From: Chrysomallon squamiferum
Taxonomy: Eukaryota; Animalia; Mollusca
Assembly: GCA_012295275.1 (NCBI GenBank)
Contig: CM022678.1
Span: forward strand, 16,554,001 to 16,618,000
Length of the DNA stretch: 64,000 bases
Direction: 5' to 3'
The notes under the pieces were generated by a model. The model had not been told where the DNA came from, searched no databases, and was given only the letters and a program-made list of their open reading frames with translations. Shown piece after piece: positions 29,918 through 45,479 of this stretch. Position numbers and translations under genes: made by a program. Each line of letters begins with the position of its first letter. Positions within the stretch are counted from its first letter, which is position 1.

Positions 29918-30684
29918 GTAACAAGCACTCCACTTCAAAAACTGGCTCTGGTCACGAAAATGGATTAAACAGATTAAAGTATTATTAGACTATTTCGAGA
30001 AACTGAAATCACAAATCCAGAAAAGAAATGACACACAAAAGAGATTAATCCCCATCTTATTGAAACGAGACAGACTCTAGAACGAGTGAGTGTGAAGCAA
30101 CACAAATATGAAGGATTCAAGCTGCTCGTAGGTGTTTTTGCTAAATCATAGTAGACGTTTCAGTAGTCTTCTGATAAACGCGCTCTGTCAGAACTGCCAA
30201 TATTAGAAGTATTTGCTTGCCTTTATTGTTTATTAATCCGGGTTCGTTCGTTATTAGAGCGAGCCTTGAACTCAGCGGTTAGAAGCAAAACTCGCGCGGT
30301 TGTGTGAATCTTTTCTCTGTTTATTTATCTGTTAATAAGTTTTTATTTTTGTTTTTCTTGTTTTTGTTCTCGGTAAGGACAAGCACACACATGCACGCTT
30401 GCTTGGATAAGCAGCTGCTACTCAAAAATGATTAATACAGAGCTTAAGAGCTTATCAGGGTTTCGACTTTGATAGCTGAATTATTTGATGATGACGATGA
30501 TAATGACGATGATGGTTGTAATGATGATGATGATGATGAAGGAAAAAGAAAACTGGCTGCTCTCAAGGAATAAATTATACGATAAAGATAATGATGAAGA
30601 TGATGATGATATCGAAAATATGTTTATGATGATGATGATAATGATGAATGTGAAAGAAAACTTGCTACTAATACCAAATACACA

Positions 30685-30743
<59 letters not shown>

Positions 30744-31946
30744 GGGTTGAGTTTATTTATTTTTTTGTGAAATTACGAGAAATTAACCAAAATATATCTT
30801 TAAGCAGATGAGTCTAAATTTATTAAAAATAAAAGTTCAGGAAGAACAAAGATATAAAGAAAAGAAATATCAAAAAAATAAGCAGTGTATATAAAAAAAG
30901 AGTAAAAATAAAATAAAATAAACAAAACAATAAATAACAGAAAAGGCAAAAAAAAAAAAAAAAAAAAAAAACGGAAAAAAGAATGAAAGAAATATAAATT
31001 ATAAAATGAAAAACAATGAATGAAGAAGATTAAAAAGATGAAAGAAATAAATAAAAAATAATAATAATAAAATAAAACCAACAAAAAACAGAGAGAGAGA
31101 AAAAAAGAAAAGAAATCAGAAGGCAAAGAATGAACGAATAAAACTAAAAATCTCAAGAAAAAACCAACAAAAAACCCAGACAACAACAGATTATTAATAA
31201 AAGAAGAAGAAGAAGAAGAAGAAGAAGAAAAAAAAAAGAAGAAGAAGAAGAAGAAAAGAGAAAATAAATCAAGTGTACTTTATGTTTTCATTTTCATTTT
31301 CGACCTCTCCAGTCATCTTTTGTTAAATATGTGACGTCACATTATTTAAACTAGAATAATCATTTTGTCGTCAGGGTTACGCTGATAAGTAAAAGATCAA
31401 AGAGTGCCAACTACTATTCCTGACGTCGTCATATTTTTCATTTTCTTTGAAAAAAATTAAAAAGCTAAGATTATACAGCGGGCCATATAAAATCAGCCAC
31501 TATTATTGACCTCGTAAATTTAGTTCATTTTCTTTGAAAAATTAAGACGTTGTCAGGAGTGTACTATTTTTAGAGATATTTATGTTTAGTTTGCTCGGTG
31601 TACGTGGAAAAGCTAGCGTTTCTGTCTGTCTTCTGTTTATTTATTCCATACATTAATTTTTAAATACACTTCACGTATTAAGGCAGTTCTAATATTTGAA
31701 CAAGGTAAATCCAGTTATATTTTTGTATCTATGAGTGTGTGTTTATTTGTGTTTGTGTGAGTATGTGTGTGTGTATGTGTGAATGTGTATGTGTGGATAG
31801 GTGTGTCTATATGTGTGTCTACAGGTATATGTATGTGTGTGTACTTGCGTGTGTGTGAGTGTGTGAGTGAATGGGTGTTGTTTATATGAGCGTGCTAGTG
31901 TGTGTGAATGTGTATGTATGTGAATGCATGTGAGACTGTGTGTGTG

Positions 31947-31986
<40 letters not shown>

Positions 31987-32858
31987 AGAGAATGTGTGTG
32001 TCTAGGCAGGACAGAAAAAGACAGAACAAGAGAATGGCGGAGACAAAGAGTAAATCTAGCTGCATGTTGTAAAGAAAACGACTTTAACACGATATTCCCC
32101 TTTCTTAAATCTTCTCTTTCCTATTTTTTCTCTCATTTCATTAACTTGTAAGTTTCTTTCATTTTTGAATGTTCGTTTTTTTTTCTTTTCTTTTCATTTT
32201 TTTTTCTTTTCTTTTCATTTTTTTTTTTTTTACTTTTAACACGAAGTTTTGTCACTGGAGAAAGAAAAAGTAAACAAAGAGAAATAAAAGGAAATGAAGC
32301 TGCTTTTTGTGTCAAAAATAACTGTCTTGTCACGTGACAGAAGACAACAACATTGCGGTTTATTTGAGTTAAAAAAAGGAGGTGACGGACATTTGGGAAT
32401 TAAAAGGATTAAAAAAAAAATTAAGTGCCTAAAGTGGCTGACGAGATTTATTCGATTTGTTTTCTGTTTTCTTGTACTATTTTTAAAATAATATTTTATT
32501 TTGTTCGTTTTCTGTCTTTTTGATTTTCGTGATGTTTTTATATTAATTAATTCGTTTCATGTTTTTTTTTTCTTTCTTTTTTTCTTTTTAACTTTTAGAT
32601 TTTAGTGTTATTTTTATATTAATTAATTCGTGGTTTGTTTTCGAGTGGTGTTTTTATATCGGCCAAAATCGATCATATTCTTTATTTTATTCCGTTTCAT
32701 TTTATTTGTGGATGATGTTTTTGTATCAGTTGATTCGTTTTGTTTCATTTCTTTGTTCATTACTGATATTTTTTTGCATTAGTTAGTTAATTAGTTTTGG
32801 ACTTTATATACATACTTTTGTAAAGTTATACTGCTATTATTGTTACTGAATATTAATA

Positions 32859-32900
<42 letters not shown>

Positions 32901-33472
32901 ATGATAACGAAACAACAAACGAATTAAAAAATACTACTACTACTACTACTGATAATAATAATAATAATAGCAATAATAATAACAGTAACATTAGTAATAA
33001 TAGAAAAAATAATCGTGAAAAATATAGTTTTCTGTAATGCGACTCACTTATTCGAATTTTATTTCATTTTATTTATTTTTTTATTATTTATTTATTTCAT
33101 TTTATTTTTCCTTCTTTCTAATCGCAAGTCTTCCAATCGCAAGAATGGCGTATTACGAAAGAGAGGTTGAATCTAATAAATGGAGTTGTCACCCTTAGTT
33201 TCGTTCTTCATCGCGATCACTTGACGCCTACTAGTATTGACAGACCTGATTCCGTGGCATGCCTGTAGTCGCGTATTGCGGGATCAAACACGTTTATTAC
33301 ATTACGTCTGCCAAGGTTAAAGAATAGATAGAAACTGACTGGAATGGATTTGGAATAAAAAAAATAAAATAAAAAGAAATAAAATAAAATAAAAAGAAAT
33401 AAAAGCATAAAATGAGTATAATTGCTAACGACTAGCAAGGCAACCAGTAAGCTAGCTAATTAACGAATTTAA

Positions 33473-33523
<51 letters not shown>

Positions 33524-33569
33524 ACGAACACGTGAATAAATAAGAACAAAAGAATGTTCACATCTTGGG

Positions 33570-33770
33570 TACGGTACAGCACCAAGGTTAAGCAGAGTTC
33601 ACTTGTCACTCTTCACTCTCCCGAGGTGAGTACTCTGTGTACAAATTAGCTCTCCTCCTGAACAGCCCGGAGCACGTCAAGCTAAGGACAGTAATCAGGC
33701 ATATCACGTGACAGCTAATAGAGTGATGTCACGACATGTCAGACACAGGAACTGACGTGACTGTTGTAGT
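33570..33770 (+). promoter_or_regulatory. Candidate alternative first exon and regulatory island
   Basis: Strong donor GAG|GTGAGT at 33626 with no good upstream acceptor; followed by ATCACGTGAC (33703-33712) and TGACGTGA. Confidence 0.35.
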
Positions 33771-33822
33771 AATTAGTGTTTAACAAGACGACGTACTCTG
33801 TGCGTTTAGTTAGTTTATAGAC

Positions 33823-34240
33823 AGTGAATTAGTGATATACACAGACAGACAGACAAACATATAGATAGATAGATAGTGAATTAGTGATATACACAGACAG
33901 ACAGACAAACATATAGATAGATAGATAGTGAATTAGTGATATACACAGACAGACAGACAAACATATAGATAGATAGATAGTGAATTAGTGATATACACAG
34001 ACAGACAGACAAACATATAGATAGATAGATAGTGAATTAGTGATATACACAGACAGACAAAACAGACAAACATATAGATAGTGAGATAAACAGACATACA
34101 GAAAGATAGGAAAATAGATAGAAAGAAAAGAAGAAGATATACAGATAGACAAAACAGACAAACATATAGATAGTGAGATAAACAGACATACAGAAAGATG
34201 GAATATAGATAGAAAGAAAAGAAGAAGATATATAGATAGA
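33823..34240. repeat. 52-bp minisatellite (~4.5 copies) followed by a ~91-bp duplication
   Basis: AGTGAATTAGTGATATACACAGAC… starts at 33823, 33875, 33927, 33979, 34031; then AGACAAAACAGACAAACATATAGATAGTGAG… twice. Confidence 0.9.
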
Positions 34241-34623
34241 CAGACAGTTTCTTAGATTATTAGAGAGATAGATAAATATGTAGATACATAGATAGGTAGT
34301 GAGATAGGTAGTTAGAAGGTAGAAAGATAGAGAGAAAGAGAGAAAGTACAGACAGATGGATCAATAGAGAGACAGTGAGACAGACATCTAGATATATATA
34401 TATATAGATGTCTAGTTATATAGAGAGATAGATATAGATGTAGGTGCACCGATACACAGATAAACAGAGTTAGATGTGTATGTATATACTGACTGATAGA
34501 TATTTAGACAGAACGACAGATAGAGAGATAGAGATACATATATATTATGTAGATAAATAGAGAGAGACACTAATGGCTTTGTATAAAGCCAAATAATTAT
34601 ATATGTCTGACACTGTATATATA

Positions 34624-34666
<43 letters not shown>

Positions 34667-35045
34667 TTTCTTCTTCTTTCTAAACTTTGTTTATGGTTTA
34701 ATCAATGTATAGGAACCATTTATGTTGCGTCTACCAGTTGCAAACAAACAGGAAATATATAAGAAAAATTAATGCTAGAAAAATAAAGGAAACAAACAAA
34801 CAACTACAACAACAACAACAAAACACATCAACAAAAGAAATTAACAACTATAAACAGATTTTTAAAAGTAGAATGAACTTTTATGACATCAGTCCTCTTT
34901 TATTTTTCAGTCTTGATGCTAATGACGTAAGATGAATGTTTACAAACCAGAAGCAAACAACACTCGTAACCTCCGCTTTCTGCTTCCTCGTTATTTTAAC
35001 CTTTGTCTACGTCTCTTTGTTTTCGAAATAACGAAGACAGTTCGC

Positions 35046-35082
<37 letters not shown>

Positions 35083-35462
35083 AATTAAAAATAAATAATA
35101 CATTTTCTTACAAATGGCGTCTGTGGTGTGTAATTTACCCAGGTTAGTTACGTAAAACGGACATTAATTTAATAAATCTTTGGCTCGCCGCTGTATTTCC
35201 CCGTGTGTTCGTTCTTACCTCTGTGTCACTGATACAACATAATTGACCGACACCAGGAAATGAAAGAGACACGTAAAATTAATTAGCGACGACGAAACAC
35301 TGTAAATTATTAATCTGTTTAAAACTGTTGTGTTAAACTGGTTTTAGCAACAGCGACATCTAGACGATAAAGAGATAGATAGATTGATAGACGACAAAGA
35401 GATAGATAGATAGATAGCTTGATAAATAGACAGACAGACAGATAGGTAGATGATATATTTTA

Positions 35463-35510
35463 CTGTCTACGGGATGGTATATATGATTCTCTTGACGCTA
35501 GTCGGAAAAA
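35463..35510 (+). mobile_element. Further fragment of the same SINE core
   Basis: CTGTCTACGGGATGGTATATATGATTCTCTTGACGCTAGTCGGAAAA shares TACGGGATGGTA with the copy at 6214-6270. Confidence 0.5.
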
Positions 35511-35620
35511 TCTCTTTGTTTAATGATCTCTCTTTCTTCTCTTCTATCTGAATAGTCCTAACCATCATTTTAAATTTTCATCAAAAATATGATAAATCTC
35601 TGTTTTTTTTCTTCTTTTAA

Positions 35621-35700
35621 TTGGTCATGATGATTAAGGAACAGCGCTAGACGGTTAAGTCCTGGGTTCAAAACTCTGTAACAACCGTTTCAGCCAACGT
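35621..35700 (+). mobile_element. Possible degraded tRNA-like SINE head
   Basis: A-box-like TGGTCATGATGATTAAG and B-box-like GGGTTCAAAAC at tRNA-like spacing; no cloverleaf evident. Confidence 0.25.
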
Positions 35701-35897
35701 TAAAGTAAAAATCAAATAATTTAATCTTCTTTTCTCTAAAACTATCCTGTTATGTTGAAAGCAATCTGGTTAATAATTACAGTTACATAATTACAGTTAT
35801 CAATCCTCGTTAAAGCTCTTAAACTTTTTACCTGGATCTCTGTAAATGTTGTGTAAAAGAGAATGAAGATATTTGTTGAAAATAAAGTTGTAAGAAT

Positions 35898-35934
<37 letters not shown>

Positions 35935-37460
35935 ACGGTAGATCTGATTTCCTTTCGTCTGTTTGGCAATGTCTTTGTGTTATGTAATTCACTGCTGTAA
36001 AATCACGGGCAAATCATAACAACTGTTAATTTTATTCAAGTTGCAATACATTTAACTGTTAACCAAAATATTCATTAACAGATTTCATTACTGTGCTATT
36101 TATATGCAAGCTGTTGACTACAGTGACAGTTAAGATTTATTAAAAAAAAAAAAAAGAGAATTGAAAAAATCTAATTTTAAAAGATGTATTATGTTGTCGT
36201 TGTTTTAATTAATACGTCTGTCAAGGCCGAGAGATAAGAAAGAAGAAAAAGAAAAAAGAAAAAAGAAAGAAGAAAAAAGTTTCGAGTTGTCGTTTATTCG
36301 TTCTACTAGTATTAAACGTTATTTATATGCAAATCGTTGAAGAAAAAAGTGCTGACAAAAATATTTTGCCGCGTCTAAGAACTAATGAAAAAAGTGAACA
36401 GGTTATCTAAATCAGTTTATTTTAATTCTAATTTGATTTGATTTAATTCTTTTATTTATTGGGAAATGCAACTGTAATCTTGTTAAATTCATTTATCCTT
36501 TAGAACAGAACAAAAATAGACGAATAAAAAAAACAGAACGAAAATCAGCAAACGATTACGAGAACATTAAACCTCTTACGTCATGTTCTCGCGAGAATTG
36601 GTTTATGTCGTGAAATGAAATCATTAATTTAAAATGGAGATAAGGCCACTTTAAAGAAATCAAATAGTCTTGTATTTTTAGAAAGAAAAAAATATATATA
36701 TAACCTTGAGTTTCGTTGCTAGTTGTATCAAATGAAATTTTACTTGTTTTTACATCTTTCTTCACAGATGTTTAAAGAATTTTATATTTTAAAAATCTTT
36801 AATGAATTCTATTTAAAATAAAATAAAATAAAATAAAATACCAGCACTAAAATAGAATAAACTAATAAATAAAATAAAGCTAATTCATTATGTTTTGTTT
36901 TGTATATAATATTTTCATGAATTAATTAATTAATTCATTCATTCTTTCAGTCTTTCATTCTTCATTCATTTTGCATCTCCTTATTATTTTATTTTTTATT
37001 TTTATTTTTTTATATTTTCTTTTATTTCTTCGTCGATACATTAAACATTTCACTCGTTGATATACTTCAGGTGAAACACATTAACCTTTAATTAATTCCT
37101 CATTTACCTTTTAATTATCTTTCACAAACTAATTTAAAACTTTTATTAAACAGTGTGTCAGTAAGAAAAATAAGATAAAAGTCAGAAGATAAACAAAATA
37201 AGACGACGGCATCTTGATTTCATAATTAGTATCGAGTGTACGTCGTTTTTGAGTGCAAATTATGTTGTTTTTCTGAATCACTGAGACAGAATATTAGAGA
37301 AGAGAGACGTAAGAATCATCAGTTGCTACAACCAAACGGTTAGAATAACACACAAATATATCGAGCTAAACGAAAGGAAAGAAAAATGAAATAGACAAAT
37401 AGAGCTGGATAGGTGTTTAGATGGAGAGACAGGTAGAGAAAAAGTTCAGAGTAACAGAAA

Positions 37461-37523
<63 letters not shown>

Positions 37524-37579
37524 TACACACAAAGAGAGAGAGAAAGAGACAGAGAGAGACAGACAGAGCAAGAGAAAGC

Positions 37580-37625
<46 letters not shown>

Positions 37626-37652
37626 TAGAGAGAGACAGACAGAGAGAGAGAA

Positions 37653-37732
<80 letters not shown>

Positions 37733-38504
37733 CTTCTGCTGATGTAAATGACTTGTACTTAAACACTAATACTACAAATAATCACAGATGTACAGTAATT
37801 TCTTTTTTTTCTGTCACAGGCTTTTAAGGCAATTTGAGAAAACGATCATAAACAGAACTTCTTCAGAAGTGAACTATTTTCAGATAATATGTAGCGGATT
37901 TCCATGTTGTAAACATGCTTTTAAAAGTTTCGTGTTTGGCCTTGGCATGAGACTAAGTTTGAGCACAGGAAAAAAGCAAAAAAAAAAAAAAGAAAGAAAA
38001 AAAATAAAGAAAATTGTCAGTGAGTGAAAACACGAATTTAAAACTGTCATGAGAGAATACTAAATGAAGTAGATTAAATTTTATTAATAGTAACAAAAAA
38101 ATAAAGAAAAATAAAATAAAACAGAGACATGTATAAAGTAAAATGTTACATAATAAAAAGAAAATAAGAAGAAGGGCAAAAACAAGGAAAAAATATGACG
38201 AAAGATTATTAAAAAGGAAAACAAGAAAAATGTAAAAAAAAAAATGGAAAAGATGAAGAAGAACAGGATATAAATAAATAAATAAGTAAATTAATAAATA
38301 AAAGGCGAAGAAGAGTGTAAAAGAAGAAAGAAAAAATAAATAACCCAATTTTATCTTGTCTAAGAAAGTATTTGTTTTTATCTGAATGCTCAATATCGGC
38401 AATTATCGGTGAAACCCGTGAAAGAAACTTCGTCATTCTCCACTTCGAACTGAACACAAACTTTGCTTATAACGTAATCGACGAGTAACGTAGAATACAA
38501 AAAA

Positions 38505-38546
<42 letters not shown>

Positions 38547-39333
38547 AGAGAGAAAAAGCATTCTTATTTAAAATAATGAAAAAAATAAAGAAAAAAAAAT
38601 TGTATAAAAAAAAAATATAATAAAAAAAAAAGAAACCGAAAAAGAAGGAGGATATGCTATTCTATCTTTTCAGGTATTCGGAAATAATGACTACAAGACA
38701 TCTTATTCAACTTAAGGCAGTAACAATTTACCATCTTGACATGCAATTTTTGTACGAAATTCGCCGGAAACCTTGTCGTATACTTCCGGAGTTATTTGTT
38801 ACAGTAATAGCGAGGAAGTCGGAAAACAAAACGGAAATTTCCGAGTCACTTACGTGTAAGTCTACCAGTAACCTACCAGATCGCGATTTCAAGAAAATAA
38901 AGAATAACAACAAATGCATAGCAATTTTGTTAATTTTACGTCTACAGTAATACTGACACACCCACTCAGACATACAGTTATGAACGCACGTGTAAACGCA
39001 CAGGCATACGCACACGCACAAACACACGTCTTTATATTTCCGTACATTTATCCCATGTCTGTCTAAATTAAAAATGAAACAGCAGCTGCAGAAATAGTCC
39101 GTTGTTTTGTCTTACAGAAAAAACAAAAATCATTACATTACGTTTTCATACGCGTCTTATTGTTTTAGTTTTCCAATACATACGTACATACGTACATAGA
39201 TACATACATAGATATCTAGACACAAACATACATACATATGTGTCAACATGGAATATATATATATATACACACATACATACATACATACATATATACACAC
39301 ACAGTTACATATAAACAAACATACATATATATA

Positions 39334-39372
<39 letters not shown>

Positions 39373-39460
39373 TCCTTTGTTTCATGTAGACACAGACACA
39401 CGGTTTATAAAAGCATTGATTAACTATTTCAGTTCAGTGTTTATATGAGTTTATCTGTAC

Positions 39461-39479
39461 CACACACACACACACACAA

Positions 39480-39511
<32 letters not shown>

Positions 39512-39670
39512 GCGCGCACACGTACATACATACATACACACACATACATACACATACATATACACACACACACACAAACACACATACATACATACATACA
39601 TACATACACACACACATACATACATACACTCAAACACACACACATACATACACACACACACATACATACA

Positions 39671-39714
<44 letters not shown>

Positions 39715-40289
39715 TACACACATACACACACATACATACACACACACACACACACACATACACACACACATACACACATACACACACACATACACACACA
39801 CACACACACACATACACACACACATACATACATACATACACACATACATACATACACACACACATACATACACACACACACACACACACATACATACACA
39901 CATACATACACACATACATACACACATACACACACACATACACACACACACACACACACACATACATACACACATACATACACACACATACATACATACA
40001 TACATACATACACACATACACACACATACATACACACACACATACACACATACATACACACACACATACATACACACACATACATACACACATACATACA
40101 CACACACACATACACACACACACATACATACACACACATACATACACACACATACATACATACACATACATACATACACATACATACACACACACATACA
40201 TACATACACACATACATACATACACATACATACATACACATATACATACACACATACACACATACATACACACACACACACATACATAC

Positions 40290-40367
<78 letters not shown>

Positions 40368-40407
40368 ACACACATACATACACACACATACATACACACA
40401 TACATAC
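39461..40407. repeat. Compound (CA)n/(TACA)n microsatellite, ~950 bp
   Basis: Directly visible; source of the >320-aa H/T/Y and C/V/M ORFs. Confidence 0.95.
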
Positions 40408-42160
40408 AAAGACACACGGCATTGATTAACTACTCAGTTCAGTGTTTATATGAGTTTATCTGTACCAGCTGACGAGTGACTCAAACACACTCAACCTGGT
40501 GTTTTGCTTTCCCGAGGCTCCAGAGAATTAAATAAATTCATCAAAGTGATTATATCAACATTAACATTTACGTAGATTAATAAAAAAGCATTTATTCGTT
40601 GTGTCCTTACCATATAATTACGCCTTTAGTTATTATCTGTACGCATGACTGTACTTTTCTCAGTGTAATTGTATTTTTTTTTTTTTTTTTTTTAAATTCT
40701 TCTAATTTCCTTTTTTCTTTTTTTTTTTTTTTTTTAATTTTATTTTATTATTATTATTATTATTTTTTGTTTTGTTTATTCTATTCCTGGTTTAGGACAA
40801 CAAAAAGTGATTTTTTTTTTTTTTTTTTTTTTTTTTTGAGCTGCACCTTTAAATGAACTAACTGACTTTGTAATTGCTTTTTTCTATAGTGTTAATAAAT
40901 AAATCGCACGACTGATAAACTCGTGCACTCACGTACACTCATTATTAAATGTTAATTTGGGATGGAATGGTGATTCGAGATTCAGGTGATAATACCTGAT
41001 AACGTAAGTTATACAAAGCAAGCTACTTATCCTGTAAATTGTAGTATGCTCATGGGGAGGAGGGGGGGGTCGTAAATCGGGAGGGGGAAGCGAATGGTGG
41101 GGGGACACCAGTAATCGGAAGCGCGTGGTTTATTGTGCTTTATGCAAATTATGTTATAATTGCTAAGAGCGGTCTCTAGAAACACACACACACTCACACA
41201 CACGCACGGTTATTAAGCTGGTTTGTTGTACAAAACGTTTTATTAAATACAGTTTACTGTTTACTGATATCAGCAGTCGGACGACAGTCAGATCTTATGC
41301 GGTTATGAATATTCAGAGAGATTCTGTCGGGGTAAAGAAATATCTGGGAATGTACAAAAAGCACGAAAGAGGATTTGCGAAATGAATACATTTTTGTAGA
41401 TATAGATATAGATATATATACATATTCGTCGAGGAAAAACAATTTGTTTTGATTTGTGAATAAATACATAACTCAGAGGTTTCACGTTAGTCGAAAACAA
41501 TTTCTCCGCCATTGTTGTGAATAAATACGTAAATACATTGTCTGTTAGATGAAGACTGTTTCCCATTTGTGTTGCCCGTTTAGTCTCGGTAAACTGATTA
41601 CTGTCGACAAAAATACTAAATTATAATGAAGAAGTTGACATCCGTTACAAAAATAATAAATATATTCGAAAAAACAAAAATTTTGATTTCTGCAATTAGA
41701 AAATTCCTTGACTGAACAACCGTGGTTCAGAGGATCTGTTCTTGTGAATGAAAGGCTGAGATACTGATGTCCATCATTTATTCCTTCTGTCTATCTTCTG
41801 TCCATCCATTTGATAACACTTCGGTAATCATTTATATACATTCCTGTATTCATCCATCACTCACTCATCATATTAGATTCATAATGCTTGGATTTATCCT
41901 TCCATCCATCCATCAGTCCATCTATGTATTCTTCTATCCATCTTTTCCAATCCACCATTCCTCATCCATCATCCTTTCATTTATCTATTCATCCATCTAT
42001 TGCTGCAGTCAGTCGATCAATCATCCATCCATCCATCCATCCATCCATCCATCCATCTATCTATCTATATATCGAACTATTTGTCCTTTTATTTATCCCA
42101 CAATTCCTCTGTTCTTCCATTAAGTAAGTAAGTAAGTGAGTAAGTAAGTAAGTAAATACA

Positions 42161-42199
<39 letters not shown>

Positions 42200-42434
42200 C
42201 AGAGGTCATAGCTGAACGTGTGGTGTTAACATCAGGGCGTACATCACATCAGTAATTATTCTGCGCTGTTTGTTTATTAAATACGTAAGTAATAGTTTGC
42301 TTACGCGCAGAACCGACGAGACTTGAACATTTATTTCCTCCTATGTAATTAATAGTTTACTTACGCCCCAAAAAAACCAGAATGGGTTTTTCAGACGTGT
42401 GTTGTTAACATGGCAGATTCTATCACATCAGACT

Positions 42435-42449
42435 GCGCCACCTAGCGTG
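42435..42449 (-). promoter_or_regulatory. CTCF-like motif (reverse orientation)
   Basis: GCGCCACCTAGCGTG; its reverse complement CACGCTAGGTGGCGC resembles the CCASYAGRKGGCRS consensus. Confidence 0.45.
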
Positions 42450-42722
42450 ATATTTCATACGTAATCACCCATTATATCCACCTTGAGCATTCCTATTATC
42501 AAATGTAATCACTGGTTCTCTGTCGGCCTCCGCTGAGACCTATTACCGAACAGCGGATTACCTCGGAGTAACCGGTTGATTAGCGTGCCGGAATAGAAGG
42601 TGTTTTCGTTGTATACTTATTTTCGTGACAGTAAAAGCGCGTTAGTGTAATTATGAATGGAGATTTAACGATAACACAGTAATTTTTTCTCATTTTTTTT
42701 AATCACCTGTTTGTAGATGAGA

Positions 42723-42809
<87 letters not shown>

Positions 42810-43867
42810 AAAATAAATAAGTAATGAAAACCGGATTTACTAATTTACTTACTAACCTTACTAACATATTATTTAATTATTATATAGCCATTTTATATTT
42901 ATACTTATTAACGTGTTATTAAAAACTAAAACAAAAATAAAAATTCAAATCCTTTTTTATTAAAAATTTTATATCATAAAAAAAAAAAAAAGAAACAAAA
43001 AAGAAATAAAGAAAAAATAAAGAAAAGAAAAGAAAAGAATTAAATGCCCACATAAATACAAACATAGTAAAACTTTATATATTTTTTATTTTATTTTATT
43101 TATTTATTTATTAATTATTATTATTACTATTTTTTTTGGCAGTAGTTTTTGATTTTTAATCTGAAACGGCTATGATTTCTTCACTTTAACATTCATTGGG
43201 CTTTTTTCCTGTTTCTAAGTTGTCTTCGATTTTTTATTTTTTATTTTTTTTCTTCTGAACGTGAAAAGGTTTCGCTGTGTTGATGAAAACTGAAATAATT
43301 ACAATATCCGGAGGTAGAGAGTTCATCCGCATTTGTCGATTAATTAGAACCGCATCCTGTATGTACACTGCCAGTAATTAACACATTAATACTCCATCCT
43401 GTGTTCTTCCAGTAATTAAAACGTTAATACGGGCAACCACAGCTCTCAGTCGTAGCACAAACGGTTTAAAAAACGATTATCACAGCTAAAAATGTCTTAT
43501 TTTTCCTTTGGTCCCTAAGTGTAGCTGCCCGGACACAAAGTGACCCGACAATGACGTAGTGTGTGTTGTTTGATGACGTAGCGTTTGGTGAAAGGAAATG
43601 GTAACATCAGTTATCAGCAGTCAAGGGAAGGTTTGCACGATTAGTGTAAATAAGCACGGCGGGATGAGTATGCCCTGGGGAAAAAATCTTCTTCTGTTTA
43701 AAACGAGAGTGTGAGTTTCTTAGGGTTTTTTTTTTTTTTCGTCTGTGAGCAATATGAGACGCGCTCACCTGGGGTATGGAAGGAGGAATCTCGTTTTCAC
43801 AGCCATCATCACATGCTAATTAAATGCATGCACGGAAATATCGTTAAGTTTTTGTTTTTGTTAAGGC

Positions 43868-43917
<50 letters not shown>

Positions 43918-43937
43918 AGAGAGAGACAGAGAGAGAA

Positions 43938-43979
<42 letters not shown>

Positions 43980-44230
43980 AGAGAGAGAGAGAGAAGAAAA
44001 AAAAAAGAAAAATAAAACAAAGAGAAAAAAAAGACAAAATAAAACAAAAGAAAAAGACGAAAAGAAAAATATAATAAAATAAAAAAAAAAAAAAAAAAAA
44101 TAAAAAGAAAAAAAAAGAAATAAAAATAAAAAAAAAAAAAGAGAAAAAACAAAAACAAATTCACTCGAAAATTAAGGAAACAAAACACTAATTTCTTATT
44201 CTCTATAACAAACGAAACTAATCTGTTGAG

Positions 44231-44280
<50 letters not shown>

Positions 44281-45072
44281 AAAAAAAAAAACACGTTTGC
44301 CAATCCTTCATTGAGATAAAATTGAGATAAATTAATTTTTCACGACATTTAACTTCACCGGTTCCGCTAAGATAATACGCTACGCAGCAATAGATCAGTT
44401 TGGACAGATTGCAAGCGACTGAGATCCAGTGATTACGTGTGACGTAACACTTCGCCCCGAGCGAGTTTAGTCCGGTGATTACTCGCAGCTAGCAAAGTAG
44501 TGTGCAGTTAATACAGGAACGAATAGATCAGTACAGAATATTGATTTATGGTATTTTAAAACAGTAATATTTTGTAAGATGATGAATATTATGTGTGTAT
44601 ATATGTATATAAATATATAATAATAATAAATATTTAAAATAGAAATATGACTTTGTCATACAAAATAGCTGAAGAAAAACACTACCTGGACTAAAATACT
44701 ATTCCTATTACTGTTACTACTAGTACTACTGCTGCTGCTTTACAATTACTACTATACTACTACTATTACTGTTAGAGAGAGAGTAGCAGTAGTAGAAGTA
44801 GTAGCAGTAGCAGTAACAGTAGCAGTAGTAGCAGTAACAGTAGCAGTAGCTGCAGTAGTTAAACTAATTTACGAAATAAACAAGACACTTATTCATTGTC
44901 TAATGGTTTCTAAAATATCTAGTTTGGCAGCTTCCATCTTAATCTTGATGGAACGGCACCAGAATGAAACAATCATCTAGCTGTGGAGTATAACGATCGT
45001 TAAGTCACGCGCAAGTAACGAGATCTTTAACAGTAAGCGCGAGCAGACGTGATTTCACGTCTTGCGCGGTTC

Positions 45073-45156
<84 letters not shown>

Positions 45157-45479
45157 TGATTTATTTGTTCTGCGTGCTTCTGTTTACATCGTGTATTGTG
45201 CTGGCTGATTGACTTTGCTTCTTTGGTTTTTCATTTTGTTGTTGTTGTTTTAGGTGTAGCTATCATTATAACTTTATCCGAATCAGTTTGACCATCATCT
45301 TATTTATTTTAGCCATTTATCATAATTATCTTTGGCCTCTTGCTATCAGCATCATTATTATCACAATCTCATCATCATTTTAACATCATTGCTGTTGTTG
45401 TTGATGGTGGTTGTAGTTCAGGTATTATCCATAATACTACTGTGACTGATAATATCATTTTCTTGTTATTGCTACAGTA

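Noticed and set aside
33823-34060. Regularly spaced repeats resembling a CRISPR array
   Set aside because: Units are identical head-to-tail without unique spacers; eukaryotic context; no cas genes.
38654-38950. 98-aa complex-looking ORF with an upstream acceptor
   Set aside because: No recognisable homology or convincing donor; better explained as an ETS/Rel motif cluster. Not fully excluded.
39434-40425. ORFs of 261-327 aa on both strands
   Set aside because: Translations of a CA/TACA microsatellite that lacks stop codons by composition.
41054-41104. G-run cluster (possible G-quadruplex; also 28501-28532)
   Set aside because: Low-complexity purine tracts with no contextual support for function.
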